NCBI GenBank assembly: GCA_964016885.1 | Contig: OZ024742.1 | Coordinates: forward strand, 372,434,001-372,498,000 | Source: Eledone cirrhosa | Taxonomy: Eukaryota | Length of the DNA: 64,000 nucleotides | Direction of reading: 5' to 3' | Shown: positions 1 to 16,280 of the stretch, piece after piece | How the letters are laid out: the number at the start of each line of letters is the position of its first letter | How positions within the stretch are numbered: the first letter of the stretch is position 1 | Notes under the pieces: model-generated | Database searches by the model: none | What the model saw: only the letters and a program-made list of their open reading frames with translations | What the model was told of the DNA's origin: nothing | Position numbers and translations under genes: made by a program

Positions 1-2029
1 ATCTGATTTTATAAACTGTAAATCTCTTTCTATATAAACTGTAAATCTCATTCTATATAAACTGTAAATCTCTTTCTATATAAACTGTAAATCTCATTCT
101 ATATAAATTGTAAATCTCATTCTATAAACTGTGAATCGCATTCTATATAAACTGTAAATCTCATTCTATAAACTGTAACTCTCATTCTATGAGCTGTAAA
201 TCTCTTTCTATATAAACTGTAAATCTTATTCTATATAAACTGTAAATCTCATTCTATAAACTGTAAATCTCTTTCTGTATAAACTGTAAATCTCATTCTA
301 TATAAACTATAAATCTCTTTCTATATAAACTGTAAATTTCATTCTATAAACTGTAAATCTCTTTCTATATAAACTGTAAATCTCATTCTATATAAACTGT
401 AAATCTCTTTCTATATAAAATGTAAATCTCATTCTATATAAACTGTAAATCTCATTCTATAAACTGTAAATCTCTTTCTATATAAACTGTAAATCTCGTT
501 CTATATAATCTGTAAATCTCATTCTATAAACTGTAAATCTCTTTCTATATAAACTGTAAATCTCATTCTATATAAACTGTAAATCTCTTTCTATATAAAC
601 TGTAAATTTCATTCTATAAACTGTAAATCTCTTTCTATATAAACTGTAAATCTCATTCTATATAAACTGTAAATCTCTTTCTATATAAACTGTAAATCTC
701 GTTCTATATAAGCTGTAAATCTCATTCTATAAACTGTAAATCTCATTCTATATAAACTGTAAATCTCATTCTATAAACTGTAAATCTCTTTCTATATAAA
801 CTGTAAATCTCATTCTATATAATCTGTAAATCTCATTCTATAAACTGTACATCTCATTCTATATAAACTGTAAATCTCTTTCTATATAAACTGTAAATCT
901 CATTCTATATAAACTGTTAATCTCATTCTATAAACTGTAAATCTCATTCTATATAAGCTGTAAATCTCTTTCTATAAACTGTAAATCTCTTTCTATATAA
1001 ACTGTAAATCTCATTCTATTTAAACTGTATATATCATTCTATAAACTGTAACTCTCTGTCTATAAACTGTAAATCTCGTTCTATATAAACTGTAAATCTC
1101 TTTCCATATGAACTGTAAATCTCTTTCTATATAAACTCTGAATCTCATTCTATATAAGCTGTAAATCTCATTCTATGAACTGTAAATCTCTTTCTATATA
1201 AACTGTAAATCTCATTCAATATAAACTGTGAATCTCTTTCTATATAAACTGTAAATATCATTCTATATAAACTGTAAATCTCTTTCTATATAAACTGTAA
1301 ATCTCATTCTATATAAACTGTGAATCTCATTCTATAAACTGTAAATCTCTTTCTATATAAACTGTAAATATCATTCTATATACACTGTAAATCTCTTTCT
1401 ATATAAACTGTAAATCTCATTCTATATAAACTGTAAATCTCATTCTATAAACTGTAAATCTCTTTCTATATAAACTGTAAATCTCGTTCTATATAAGCTG
1501 TAAATCTCATTCTATAAACTGTAAATCTCTTTCTATATAAACTGTAAATCTCATTCTATATAAACTGTATATATCATGCTATAAACTGTAAATCTCATTC
1601 TATAAACTGTAAATCTCTTTCTATATAAACTGTAAATCTCATTCTATATAAACTGTAAATCTCTTTCTATATGAACTGTAAATCTCATTATATATAAATT
1701 GTAAATCTCATTCTATAAACTGTGAATCTCATTCTATATAAACTGTAAATCTCATTCTATATACACTGTAAATCTCTTTCTATATAAACTGTAAATCTCA
1801 TTCTATATAAACTGTAAATCTCATTCTATAAACTGTAAATCTCTTTCCATATAAACTGTAAATCTCATTCTATATAAGCTGTAAATCTCATTCTATAAAC
1901 TGTACATCTCTTTCTATATAAACTGTAAATCTCATTCTATATAAACTGTATATATCATTCTATAAACTGTACATCTCTTTCTATATAAGCTGTAAATCTC
2001 ATTCTATAAACTGTACATCTCTTTCTATA

Positions 2030-5000
2030 TAAGCTGTAAATCTCATTCTATAAACTGTAAATCTCTTTCTATATAAACTGTAAATCTCATTCTATATAAA
2101 CTGTAAATCTTATTCTATATTAACTGTAAATCTTATTCTATATAAGCTGTAAATCTCATTCTATAAACTGTACATCTCTTTCTATATAAGCTGTAAATCT
2201 CATTCTATAAACTGTAAATCTCTTTCTATATAAACTGTAAATCTCATTCTATATAAACTGTAAATCATATTCTATATTAACTGTAAATCTGATTCTATAA
2301 ACTGTAAATCTCTTTCTATATAAATTGTAAATCTCATTCTATATAAACTGTAAATCTCTTTCTATATAAACTGTAAATCTAATTCTATATAAACTGTAAA
2401 TCTCATTCTATAAACTGTAACTCTCTTTCTATATAAACTCTTAATCTCATTCTATATAAACTGTAAATCTCATTCTATAAACTGTAAATCTCATTCTATA
2501 TTAACTGTAAATCTCTTTCTATATAACCTGTAAATCTCTTTCTATATAACCTGTAAATCTCTTTCTATATAAACTGTAAATCTCATGCTATAGACTGTAA
2601 ATCTCATTCTATATAAACTGTAAATCTCATTCTATATAAAGTGAATCTCATTCTATATAAACTGTAAATCTCATTCTATATAAACTGTAAATCTCATTCT
2701 ATAAACTATAAATCTCTTTCTATATAAACTGTAAATCTCATTCTATATAAGCTGTAAATCTCATTCTATTAACTGTAAATCTCATTCTATATAAACTGTA
2801 AATCTCATTCTATATAAACTGTATATATCATTCTATAAACTGTAAATCTCATTCTATAAACTGTAAATCTCTTTCTATATAAACTGTAAATCTCATTCTA
2901 TATTAACTGTAAATCTGATTCTATAAACTGTAAATCTCTTTCTATATAAACTCTTAATCTCATTCTATATAAACTGTAAATCTCATTCTATATAAACTGT
3001 ATATATCATTCTATAAACTGTAAATCTCATTCTATAAACTGTAAATCTCGTTCTATATAAACTGTAAATCTAATTCTATATAAACTGTAAATCTCATTCT
3101 ATATTAACTGTAAATCTGATTCTATAAACTGTAAATCTCTTTCTATATAAACTCTTAATCTCATTCTATATGAACTGTAAATCTCTTTCTATATAAACTG
3201 TAAATCTCATTCTATATAAACTGTAAATCTCATTCAATAAACTGTAAATCTCTTTCCATATAAACTGTAAATCTCATTCTATATAAGCTGTAAATCTCAT
3301 TCTATTAACTGTAAATCTCATTCTATATAAACTGTAAATCTCATTCTATATAAACTGTATATATCATTCTATAAACTGTAAATCTCATTCTATAAACTGT
3401 AAATCTCTTTCTATATAAACTGTAAATCTCATTCTATATTAACTGTAAATCTGATTCTATAAACTGTAAATCTCTTTCTATATAAACTCTTAATCTCATT
3501 CTATATAAACTGTAAATCTCATTCTATATAAACTGTATATATCATTCTATAAACTGTAAATCTCATTCTATAAACTGTAAATCTCTTTCTATATAAACTG
3601 TAAATCTCATTCTATATAAACTGTAAATCTTATTCTATATTAACTGTAAATCTGATTCTATAAACTGTAAATCTCTTTCTATATAAACTGTAAATCTCAT
3701 TCTATATAAACTGTAAATCTCTTTCTATATAAACTGTAAATCTAATTCTATATAAACTGTAAATCTCATTCTATAAACTGTAACTCTCTTTCTATATAAA
3801 CTCTTAATCTCATTCTATATAAACTGTAAATCTCATTCTATAAACTGTAAATCTCATTCTATATTAACTGTAAATCTCTTTCTATATAACCTGTAAATCT
3901 CTTTCTATATAACCTGTAAATCTCTTTCTATATAAACTGTAAATCTCATGCTATAGACTGTAAATCTCATTCTATATAAACTGTAAATCTCATTCTATAT
4001 AAAGTGAATCTCATTCTATATAAACTGTAAATCTCATTCTATATAAACTGTAAATCTCATTCTATAAACTGTAAATCTCTTTTTATATAAACTGTAAATC
4101 TCATTCTATATAAGCTGTAAATCTCATTCTATTAACTGTAAATCTCATTCTATATAAACTGTAAATCTCATTCTATATAAACTGTATATATCATTCTATA
4201 AACTGTAAATCTCATTCTATAAACTGTAAATCCCTTTCTATATAAACTGTAAATCTCATTCTATATTAACTGTAAATCTGATTCTATAAACTGTAAATCT
4301 CTTTCTATATAAACTCTTAATCTCATTCTATATAAACTGTAAATCTCATTCTATATAAACTGTATATATCATTCTATAAACTGTAAATCTCATTCTATAA
4401 ACTGTAAATCTCGTTCTATATAAACTGTAAATCTAATTCTATATAAACTGTAAATCTCTTTCTATATAAACTCTTAATCTCATTCTATATGAACTGTAAA
4501 TCTCTTTCTATATAAACTGTGAATATCTTTCTATATAAACTGTAAATATCATTCTATATACACTGTACATCTCATTCTATAAACTCTAAATCTCTTTCTA
4601 TATAAACTGTAAATCTCATTCTATATAAACTGTAAATCTCTTTCTATATAAACTGTAAATCTCATTCTATATAAACTGTAAATCTCATTCTATAAACTGT
4701 AAATCTCTTTCTATATAAACTGTAAATCTCTTTCTATATAAACTGTAAATCTCATTCTATATAAACTGTAAATCTCTTTCTATATAAGCTGTAAATCTCA
4801 TTCTATAAACTGTAAATCTCTTTCTATATAAACTGTAAATCTCATTCTATATAAACTGTAAATCTTATTCTATATTAACTGTAAATCTTATTCTATATAA
4901 GCTGTAAATCTCATTCTATAAACTGTACATCTCTTTCTATATAAGCTGTAAATCTCATTCTATAAACTGTAAATCTCTTTCTATATAAACTGTAAATCTC

Positions 5001-7500
5001 ATTCTATATAAACTGTAAATCTTATTCTATATTAACTGTAAATCTGATTCTATAAACTGTAAATCTCTTTCTATATAAACTGTAAATCTCATTCTATATA
5101 AACTGTAAATCTCTTTCTATATAAACTGTAAATCTAATTCTATATAAACTGTAAATCTCATTCTATAAACTGTAACTCTCTTTCTATATAAACTCTTAAT
5201 CTCATTCTATATAAACTGTAAATCTCATTCTATAAACTGTAAATCTCATTCTATATTAACTGTAAATCTCTTTCTATATAACCTGTAAATCTCTTTCTAT
5301 ATAACCTGTAAATCTCTTTCTATATAAACTGTAAATCTCATGCTATAGACTGTAAATCTCATTCTATATAAACTGTAAATCTCATTCTATATAAAGTGAA
5401 TCTCATTCTATATAAACTGTAAATCTCATTCTATATAAACTGTAAATCTCATTCTATAAACTATAAATCTCTTTCTATATAAACTGTAAATCTCATTCTA
5501 TACAAGCTGTAAATCTCATTCTATTAACTGTAAATCTCATTCTATATAAACTGTAAATCTCATTCTATATAAACTGTATATATCATTCTATAAACTGTAA
5601 ATCTCATTCTATAAACTGTAAATCTCTTTCTATATAAACTGTAAATCTCATTCTATATTAACTGTAAATCTGATTCTATAAACTGTAAATCTCTTTCTAT
5701 ATAAACTCTTAATCTCATTCTATATAAACTGTAAATCTCATTCTATATAAACTGTATATATCATTCTATAAACTGTAAATCTCATTCTATAAACTGTAAA
5801 TCTCGTTCTATATAAACTGTAAATCTAATTCTATATAAACTGTAAATCTCATTCTATATTAACTGTAAATCTGATTCTATAAACTGTAAATCTCTTTCTA
5901 TATAAACTCTTAATCTCATTCTATATGAACTGTAAATCTCTTTCTATATAAACTGTAAATCTCATTCTATATAAACTGTAAATCTCATTCAATAAACTGT
6001 AAATCTCTTTCCATATAAACTGTAAATCTCATTCTATATAAGCTGTAAATCTCATTCTATTAACTGTAAATCTCATTCTATATAAACTGTAAATCTCATT
6101 CTATATAAACTGTATATATCATTCTATAAACTGTAAATCTCATTCTATAAACTGTAAATCTCTTTCTATATAAACTGTAAATCTCATTCTATATTAACTG
6201 TAAATCTGATTCTATAAACTGTAAATCTCTTTCTATATAAACTCTTAATCTCATTCTATATAAACTGTAAATCTCATTCTATATAAACTGTATATATCAT
6301 TCTATAAACTGTAAATCTCATTCTATAAACTGTAAATCTCTTTCTATATAAACTGTAAATCTCATTCTATATAAACTGTAAATCTTATTCTATATTAACT
6401 GTAAATCTGATTCTATAAACTGTAAATCTCTTTCTATATAAACTGTAAATCTCATTCTATATAAACTGTAAATCTCTTTCTATATAAACTGTAAATCTAA
6501 TTCTATATAAACTGTAAATCTCATTCTATAAACTGTAACTCTCTTTCTATATAAACTCTTAATCTCATTCTATATAAACTGTAAATCTCATTCTATAAAC
6601 TGTAAATCTCATTCTATATTAACTGTAAATCTCTTTCTATATAACCTGTAAATCTCTTTCTATATAACCTGTAAATCTCTTTCTATATAAACTGTAAATC
6701 TCATGCTATAGACTGTAAATCTCATTCTATATAAACTGTAAATCTCATTCTATATAAAGTGAATCTCATTCTATATAAACTGTAAATCTCATTCTATATA
6801 AACTGTAAATCTCATTCTATAAACTGTAAATCTCTTTTTATATAAACTGTAAATCTCATTCTATATAAGCTGTAAATCTCATTCTATTAACTGTAAATCT
6901 CATTCTATATAAACTGTAAATCTCATTCTATATAAACTGTATATATCATTCTATAAACTGTAAATCTCATTCTATAAACTGTAAATCCCTTTCTATATAA
7001 ACTGTAAATCTCATTCTATATTAACTGTAAATCTGATTCTATAAACTGTAAATCTCTTTCTATATAAACTCTTAATCTCATTCTATATAAACTGTAAATC
7101 TCATTCTATATAAACTGTATATATCATTCTATAAACTGTAAATCTCATTCTATAAACTGTAAATCTCGTTCTATATAAACTGTAAATCTAATTCTATATA
7201 AACTGTAAATCTCTTTCTATATAAACTCTTAATCTCATTCTATATGAACTGTAAATCTCTTTCTATATAAACTGTGAATATCTTTCTATATAAACTGTAA
7301 ATATCATTCTATATACACTGTACATCTCATTCTATAAACTCTAAATCTCTTTCTATATAAACTGTAAATCTCATTCTATATAAACTGTAAATCTCTTTCT
7401 ATATAAACTGTAAATCTCATTCTATATAAACTGTAAATCTCATTCTATAAACTGTAAATCTCTTTCTATATAAACTGTAAATCTCTTTCTATATAAACTG
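2030..7500. repeat. Tandem duplicated block, period 2755 bp, with a 1363-bp internal repeat
   Basis: The CATGCTATAGAC marker G lies at 2587, 3950, 5342 and 6705. The AAAGTGAATC marker lies at 2641, 4004, 5396 and 6759. Both give offsets of 1363 and 2755. Boundaries are approximate. Confidence 0.88.
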
Positions 7501-7949
7501 TAAATCTCATTCTATATAAACTGTAAATCTCTTTCTATATAAACTGTAAATTTCATTCTATAAACTGTAAATCTCTTTCTATATAAACTGTAAATCTCAT
7601 TCTATATAAGCTGTAAATCTCCTTCTATATAAACTGTAAATCTCGTTCTATATAAGCTGTAAATCTCATTCTATAAACTGTAAATCTCATTCTATATAAA
7701 TTGTAAATCTCATTCTATAAACTGTAAATCTCTTTCTATATAAACTGTAAATCTCATTCTATATAATCTGTAAATCTCATTCTATAAACTGTACATCTCA
7801 TTCTATATAAACTGTAAATCTCTTTCTATATAAACTGTAAATCTCATTCTATATAAACTGTTAATCTCATTCTATAAACTGTAAATCTCTTTCTATATAA
7901 ACTGTAAATCTCATTCTATATAAGCTGTAAATCTCATTCTATAAACTGT

Positions 7950-10900
7950 AAATCTCTTTCTATATAAACTGTAAATCTCATTCTATATAAACTGTATATA
8001 TCATTCTATAAACTGTAACTCTCATTCTATAAACTGTAAATCTCGTTCTATATAAACTGTAAATCTCTTTCCATATGAACTGTAAATCTCTTTCTATATA
8101 AACTCTGAATCTCATTCTATATAAGCTGTAAATCTCATTCTATGAACTGTAAATCTCTTTCTATATAAACTGTGAATCTCTTGCTATATAAACTATAAAT
8201 TTCATTCTATAAACTGTAAATCTCTTTCTATATAAACTGTAAATCTCATTCTATATAAACTGTAAATCTCTTTCTATATAAACTGTAAATCTCATTCTAT
8301 ATAAACTGTGAATCTCATTCTATAAACTGTAAATCTCTTTCTATATAAACTGTAAATATCATTCTATATACACTGTAAATCTCTTTCTATATAAACTGTA
8401 AATCTCATTCTATATAAACTGTAAATCTCATTCTATAAACTGTAAATCTCTTTCTATATAAACTGTAAATCTCGTTCTATATAAGCTGTAAATCTCATTC
8501 TATAAACTGTAAATCTCTTTCTATATAAACTGTAAATCTCATTCTATATAAACTGTATATATCATTCTATAAACTGTAAATCTCATTCTATAAACTGTAA
8601 ATCTCTTTCTATATAAACTGTAAATCTCATTCTATATAAACTGTAAATCTCTTTCTATATGAACTGTAAATCTCATTCTATAAACTGTAAATCTCTTTCT
8701 ATATAAACTCTTAATCTCATTCTATATAAACTGTAAATCTCATTCTGTAAACTGTAAATCTCATTCTATATAAACTGTAAATCTCTTTCTATATAACCTG
8801 TAAATCTCTTTCTATATAACCTGTAAATCTCTTTCTATATAAACTGTAAATCTCATGCTATAGACTGTAAATCTCATTCTATATGAACTGTAAATCTCAT
8901 TCTATATACGCTGTAAATCTCATTCTATAGACTGTAAATCTCTTTCCATATAAACTGTAAATCTCATTCTATATAAGCTGTAAATCTCATTCTATAAACT
9001 GTACATCTCTTTCTATATAAACTGTAAATCTCATTCTATATAAACTGTATATATCATTCTATAAACTGTAAATCTCATTCTATAAACTGTAAATCTCTTT
9101 CTATATAAACTGTAAATCTCATTCTATATAAACTGTAAATCTTATTCTATATTAACTGTAAATCTGATTCTATAAACTGTAAATCTCTTTCTATATAAAC
9201 TGTAAATCTCATTCTATATAAACTTTAAATTTCTTTCTATATAAACTGTAAATCTTATTCTATATAAACTGTAAATCTCATTCTATAAACTGTAAATCTC
9301 ATTCTATATTAACTGTAAATCTCTTTCTATATAACCTGTAAATCTCTTTCTATATAACCTGTAAATCTCTTTCTATATAAACTGTAAATCTCATGCTATA
9401 GACTGTAAATCTCATTCTATATAAACTGTAAATCTCATTCTATATAAAGTGAATCTCATTCTATATAAACTGTAAATCTCATTCTATATAAACTGTAAAT
9501 CTCATTCTATAAACTGTAAATCTCTTTTTATATAAACTGTAAATCTCATTCTATATAAGCTGTAAATCTCATTCTATTAACTGTAAATCTCATTCTATAT
9601 AAACTGTAAATCTCATTCTATATAAACTGTATATATCATTCTATAAACTGTAAATCTCATTCTATAAACTGTAAATCCCTTTCTATATAAACTGTAAATC
9701 TCATTCTATATTAACTGTAAATCTGATTCTATAAACTGTAAATCTCTTTCTATATAAACTCTTAATCTCATTCTATATAAACTGTAAATCTCATTCTATA
9801 TAAACTGTATATATCATTCTATAAACTGTAAATCTCATTCTATAAACTGTAAATCTCGTTCTATATAAACTGTAAATCTAATTCTATATAAACTGTAAAT
9901 CTCTTTCTATATAAACTCTTAATCTCATTCTATATGAACTGTAAATCTCTTTCTATATAAACTGTGAATATCTTTCTATATAAACTGTAAATATCATTCT
10001 ATATACACTGTACATCTCATTCTATAAACTCTAAATCTCTTTCTATATAAACTGTAAATCTCATTCTATATAAACTGTAAATCTCTTTCTATATAAACTG
10101 TAAATCTCATTCTATATAAACTGTAAATCTCATTCTATAAACTGTAAATCTCTTTCTATATAAACTGTAAATCTCTTTCTATATAAACTGTAAATCTCAT
10201 TCTATATAAACTGTAAATCTCTTTCTATATAAACTGTAAATTTCATTCTATAAACTGTAAATCTCTTTCTATATAAACTGTAAATCTCATTCTATATAAG
10301 CTGTAAATCTCCTTCTATATAAACTGTAAATCTCTTTCTATATAAACTGTAAATCTCATTCTATATAAACTGTATATATCATTCTATAAACTGTAACTCT
10401 CATTCTATAAACTGTAAATCTCGTTCTATATAAACTGTAAATCTCTTTCCATATGAACTGTAAATCTCTTTCTATATAAACTCTGAATCTCATTCTATAT
10501 AAGCTGTAAATCTCATTCTATGAACTGTAAATCTCTTTCTATATAAACTGTGAATCTCTTGCTATATAAACTATAAATTTCATTCTATAAACTGTAAATC
10601 TCTTTCTATATAAACTGTAAATCTCATTCTATATAAACTGTAAATCTCTTTCTATATAAACTGTAAATCTCATTCTATATAAACTGTGAATCTCATTCTA
10701 TAAACTGTAAATCTCTTTCTATATAAACTGTAAATATCATTCTATATACACTGTAAATCTCTTTCTATATAAACTGTAAATCTCATTCTATATAAACTGT
10801 AAATCTCATTCTATAATCTGTAAATCTCTTTCTATATAAACTGTAAATCTCGTTCTATATAAGCTGTAAATCTCATTCTATAAACTGTAAATCTCTTTCT

Positions 10901-11680
10901 ATATAAACTGTAAATCTCATTCTATATAAACTGTATATATCATTCTATAAACTGTAAATCTCATTCTATAAACTGTAAATCTCTTTCTATATAAACTGTA
11001 AATCTCATTCTATATAAACTGTAAATCTCTTTCTATATGAACTGTAAATCTCATTCTATAAACTGTAAATCTCTTTCTATATAAACTCTTAATCTCATTC
11101 TATATAAACTGTAAATCTCATTCTGTAAACTGTAAATCTCATTCTATATAAACTGTAAATCTCTTTCTATATAACCTGTAAATCTCTTTCTATATAACCT
11201 GTAAATCTCTTTCTATATAAACTGTAAATCTCATGCTATAGACTGTAAATCTCATTCTATATGAACTGTAAATCTCATTCTATATACGCTGTAAATCTCA
11301 TTCTATAGACTGTAAATCTCTTTCCATATAAACTGTAAATCTCATTCTATATAAGCTGTAAATCTCATTCTATAAACTGTACATCTCTTTCTATATAAAC
11401 TGTAAATCTCATTCTATATAAACTGTATATATCATTCTATAAACTGTAAATCTCATTCTATAAACTGTAAATCTCTTTCTATATAAACTGTAAATCTCAT
11501 TCTATATAAACTGTAAATCTTATTCTATATTAACTGTAAATCTGATTCTATAAACTGTAAATCTCTTTCTATATAAACTGTAAATCTCATTCTATATAAA
11601 CTTTAAATTTCTTTCTATATAAACTGTAAATCTTATTCTATATAAACTGTAAATCTCATTCTATAAACTGTAAATCTCTT
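7950..11680. repeat. Duplicated blocks at offset 2378 bp (~7.95-9.3 kb and ~10.3-11.7 kb), separated by a copy of the ~6.6-7.6 kb block (offset 2690)
   Basis: TTGCTATATA at 8183/10561 and CATGCTATAG at 8857/11235 give 2378. CATGCTATAG at 6705/9395 and AAAGTGAATC at 6759/9449 give 2690. Confidence 0.8.
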
Positions 11681-14600
11681 TCTATATAAACTCTTAATCT
11701 CATTCTATATAAACTGTAAATCTCATTCTGTAAACTGTAAATCTCATTCTATATAAACTGTAAATCTCTTTCTATATAACCTGTAAATCTCTTTCTATAT
11801 AACCTGTAAATCTCTTTCTATATAAACTGTAAATCTCATGCTATAGACTGTAAATCTCATTCTATATGAACTGTAAATCTCTTTCTATATAAACTGTAAA
11901 TCTCATTCTATATAAACTGTAAATCTCATTCTATATAATCTGTAAATCTCATTCGATAAACAGTAAATCTTTTTCTATATAAACTGTAAATCTCATTCTA
12001 TATAAAATGTAAATCTCATTCTATAAACTGTAAATCTCTTTCTAAATAAACTGTAAATCTCATTCTATATAAACTGTAAATCTCTTTCTATATAAACTGT
12101 AAATTTCATTCTATAAACTCTAAATCTCTTTCTATATAAACTGTAAATCTCATTCTATATAAACTGTAAATCTCTTTCTATATAAACTGTAAATCTCATT
12201 CTATATAAACTGTAAATCTCATTCTATATAAACTGTAAATCTCATTCTATATAAGCTGTAAATCTCATTCTATTAACTGTAAATCTCATTCTATATAAAC
12301 TGTAAATCTCATTCTATATAAACTGTATATATCATTCTATAAACTGTAAATCTCATTCTATAAACTGTAAATCTCTTTCTATATAAACTGTAAATCCCAT
12401 TCTATATAAACTGTAAATCTCATTCTATATTAACTGTAAATCTGATTCTATAAACTGTAAATCTCTTTCTATATAAACTCTTAATCTCATTCTATATAAA
12501 CTGTAAATCTCATTCTATATAAACTGTATATATCATTCTATAAACTGTAAATCTCATTCTATAAACTGTAAATCTCTTTCTATATAAACTGTAAATCTCA
12601 TTCTATATAAACTGTAAATCTCATTCTATATTAACTGTAAATCTGATTCTATAAACTGTAAATCTCTTTCTATATAAACTCTTAATCTCATTCTATATAA
12701 ACTGTAAATCTCATTCTATATAAACTGTATATATCATTCTATAAACTGTAAATCTCATTCTATAAACTGTAAATCTCGTTCTATATAAACTGTAAATCTA
12801 ATTCTATATAAACTGTAAATCTCTTTCTATATAAACTCTTAATCTCATTCTATATGAACTGTAAATCTCTTTCTATATAAACTGTGAATCTCTTTCTATA
12901 TAAACTGTAAATATCATTCTATATACACTGTAAATCTCTTTCTATATAAACTGTAAATCTCATTCTATATAAACTGTAAATCTCATTCTATAAACTGTAA
13001 ATCTCTTTCTATATAAACTGTAAATCTCGTTCTATATAAGCTGTAAATCTCATTCTATAAACTGTAAATCTCTGTCTATATAAACTGTAAATCTCATTCT
13101 ATATAAACTGTATATATCATTCTATAAACTGTACATCTCATTCTATAAACTCTAAATCTCTTTCTATATAAACTGTAAATCTCATTCTATATAAACTGTA
13201 AATCTCTTTCTATATGAACTGTAAATCTCATTCTATATAAATTGTAAATCTCATTCTATAAACTGTGAATCGCATTCTATATAAACTGTAAATCTCATTC
13301 TATAAACTGTAAATCTCATTCTATGGGCTGTAAATCTCTTTCTATATAAACTGTAAATCTCATTCTATATAAACTGTAAATCTCATTCTATAAACTGTAA
13401 ATCTCTTTCTGTATAAACTGTAAATCTCATTCTATATAAACTATAAATCTCCTTCTATATAAACTGTAAATTTCATTCTATAAACTGTAAATCTCTTTCT
13501 ATATAAACTGTAAATCTCATTCTATATAAACTGTAAATCTCTTTCTATATAAACTGTAAATCTCATTCTATATAAACTGTAAATCTCATTCTATAAACTG
13601 TAAATCTCTTTCTATATAAACTGTAAATCTCTTTCTATATAAACTGTAAATCTCATTCTATATAAACTGTAAATCTCTTTCTATATAAACTGTAAATTTC
13701 ATTCTATAAACTGTAAATCTCTTTCTATATAAACTGTAAATCTCATTCTATATAAGCGGTAAATCTCCTTCTATATAAACTGTAAATCTCGTTCTATATA
13801 AGCTGTAAATCTCATTCTATAAACTGTAAATCTCATTCTATATAAATTGTAAATCTCATTCTATAAACTGTAAATCTCTTTCTATATAAACTGTAAATCT
13901 CATTCTATATAATCTGTAAATCTCATTCTATAAACTGTACATCTCATTCTATATAAACTGTAAATCTCTTTCTATATAAACTGTAAATCTCATTCTATAT
14001 AAACTGTTAATCTCATTCTATAAACTGTAAATCTCTTTCTATATAAACTGTAAATCTCATTCTATATAAGCTGTAAATCTCATTCTATAAACTGTAAATC
14101 TCTTTCTATATAAACTGTAAATCTCATTCTATATAAACTGTATATATCATTCTATAAACTGTAACTCTCATTCTATAAACTGTAAATCTCGTTCTATATA
14201 AACTGTAAATCTCTTTCCATATGAACTGTAAATCTCTTTCTATATAAACTCTGAATCTCATTCTATATAAGCTGTAAATCTCATTCTATGAACTGTAAAT
14301 CTCTTTCTATATAAACTGTGAATCTCTTTCTATATAAACTATAAATTTCATTCTATAAACTGTAAATCTCTTTCTATATAAACTGTAAATCTCATTCTAT
14401 ATAAACTGTAAATCTCTTTCTATATAAACTGTAAATCTCATTCTATATAAACTGTGAATCTCATTCTATAAACTGTAAATCTCTTTCTATATAAACTGTA
14501 AATATCATTCTATATACACTGTAAATCTCTTTCTATATAAACTGTAAATCTCATTCTATATAAACTGTAAATCTCATTCTATAAACTGTAAATCTCTTTC

Positions 14601-16280
14601 TATATAAACTGTAAATCTCGTTCTATATAAGCTGTAAATCTCATTCTATAAACTGTAAATCTCTTTCTATATAAACTGTAAATCTCATTCTATATAAACT
14701 GTATATATCATTCTATAAACTGTAAATCTCATTCTATAAACTGTAAATCTCTTTCTATATAAACTGTAAATCTCATTCTATATAAACTGTAAATCTCTTT
14801 CTATATGAACTGTAAATCTCATTATATATAAATTGTAAATCTCATTCTATAAACTGTGAATCTCATTCTATATAAACTGTAAATCTCATTCTATATACGC
14901 TGTAAATCTCATTCTATAAACTGTAAATCTCTTTCCATATAAACTGTAAATCTCATTCTATATAAGCTGTAAATCTCATTCTATAAACTGTACATCTCTT
15001 TCTATATAAACTGTAAATCTCATTCTATATAAACTGTATATATCATTCTATAAACTGTAAATCTCATTCTATAAACTGTAAATCTCTTTCTATATAAACT
15101 GTAAATCTCATTCTATATAAACTGTAAATCTTATTCTATATTAACTGTAAATCTCATTCTATAAACTGTAAATCTCTTTCTATATAAACTGTAAATCTCA
15201 TTCTATATAAACTGTAAATCTCTTTCTATATAAACTGTAAATCTCATTCTATATAAACTGTAAATCTCATTCTATAAACTGTAAATCTCTTTCTATATAA
15301 ACTCTTAATCTCATTCTATATAAACTGTAAATCTCATTCTGTAAACTGTAAATCTCATTCTATATAAACTGTAAATCTCTTTCTATATAACCTGTAAATC
15401 TCTTTCTATATAACCTGTAAATCTCTTTCTATATAAACTGTAAATCTCATGCTATAGACTGTAAATCTCATTCTATATGAACTGTAAATCTCTTTCTATA
15501 TAAACTGTAAATCTCATTCTATATAAACTGTAAATCTCATTCTATATAATCTGTAAATCTCATTCGATAAACAGTAAATCTTTTTCTATATAAACTGTAA
15601 ATCTCATTCTATATAAAATGTAAATCTCATTCTATAAACTGTAAATCTCTTTCTAAATAAACTGTAAATCTCATTCTATATAAACTGTAAATCTCTTTCT
15701 ATATAAACTGTAAATTTCATTCTATAAACTCTAAATCTCTTTCTATATAAACTGTAAATCTCATTCTATATAAACTGTAAATCTCTTTCTATATAAACTG
15801 TAAATCTCATTCTATATAAACTGTAAATCTCATTCTATATAAACTGTAAATCTCATTCTATATAAGCTGTAAATCTCATTCTATTAACTGTAAATCTCAT
15901 TCTATATAAACTGTAAATCTCATTCTATATAAACTGTATATATCATTCTATAAACTGTAAATCTCATTCTATAAACTGTAAATCTCTTTCTATATAAACT
16001 GTAAATCTCATTCTATATAAACTGTAAATCTCATTCTATATTAACTGTAAATCTGATTCTATAAACTGTAAATCTCTTTCTATATAAACTCTTAATCTCA
16101 TTCTATATAAACTGTAAATCTCATTCTATATAAACTGTATATATCATTCTATAAACTGTAAATCTCATTCTATAAACTGTAAATCTCTTTCTATATAAAC
16201 TGTAAATCTCATTCTATATAAACTGTAAATCTCATTCTATATTAACTGTAAATCTGATTCTATAAACTGTAAATCTCTTT
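11650..16280. repeat. Duplicated block at offset 3611 bp (~11.65-12.7 kb and ~15.25-16.3 kb)
   Basis: The rare TTCGATAAACAGT lies at 11954 and 15565. CATGCTATAG lies at 11840 and 15451. Confidence 0.82.
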
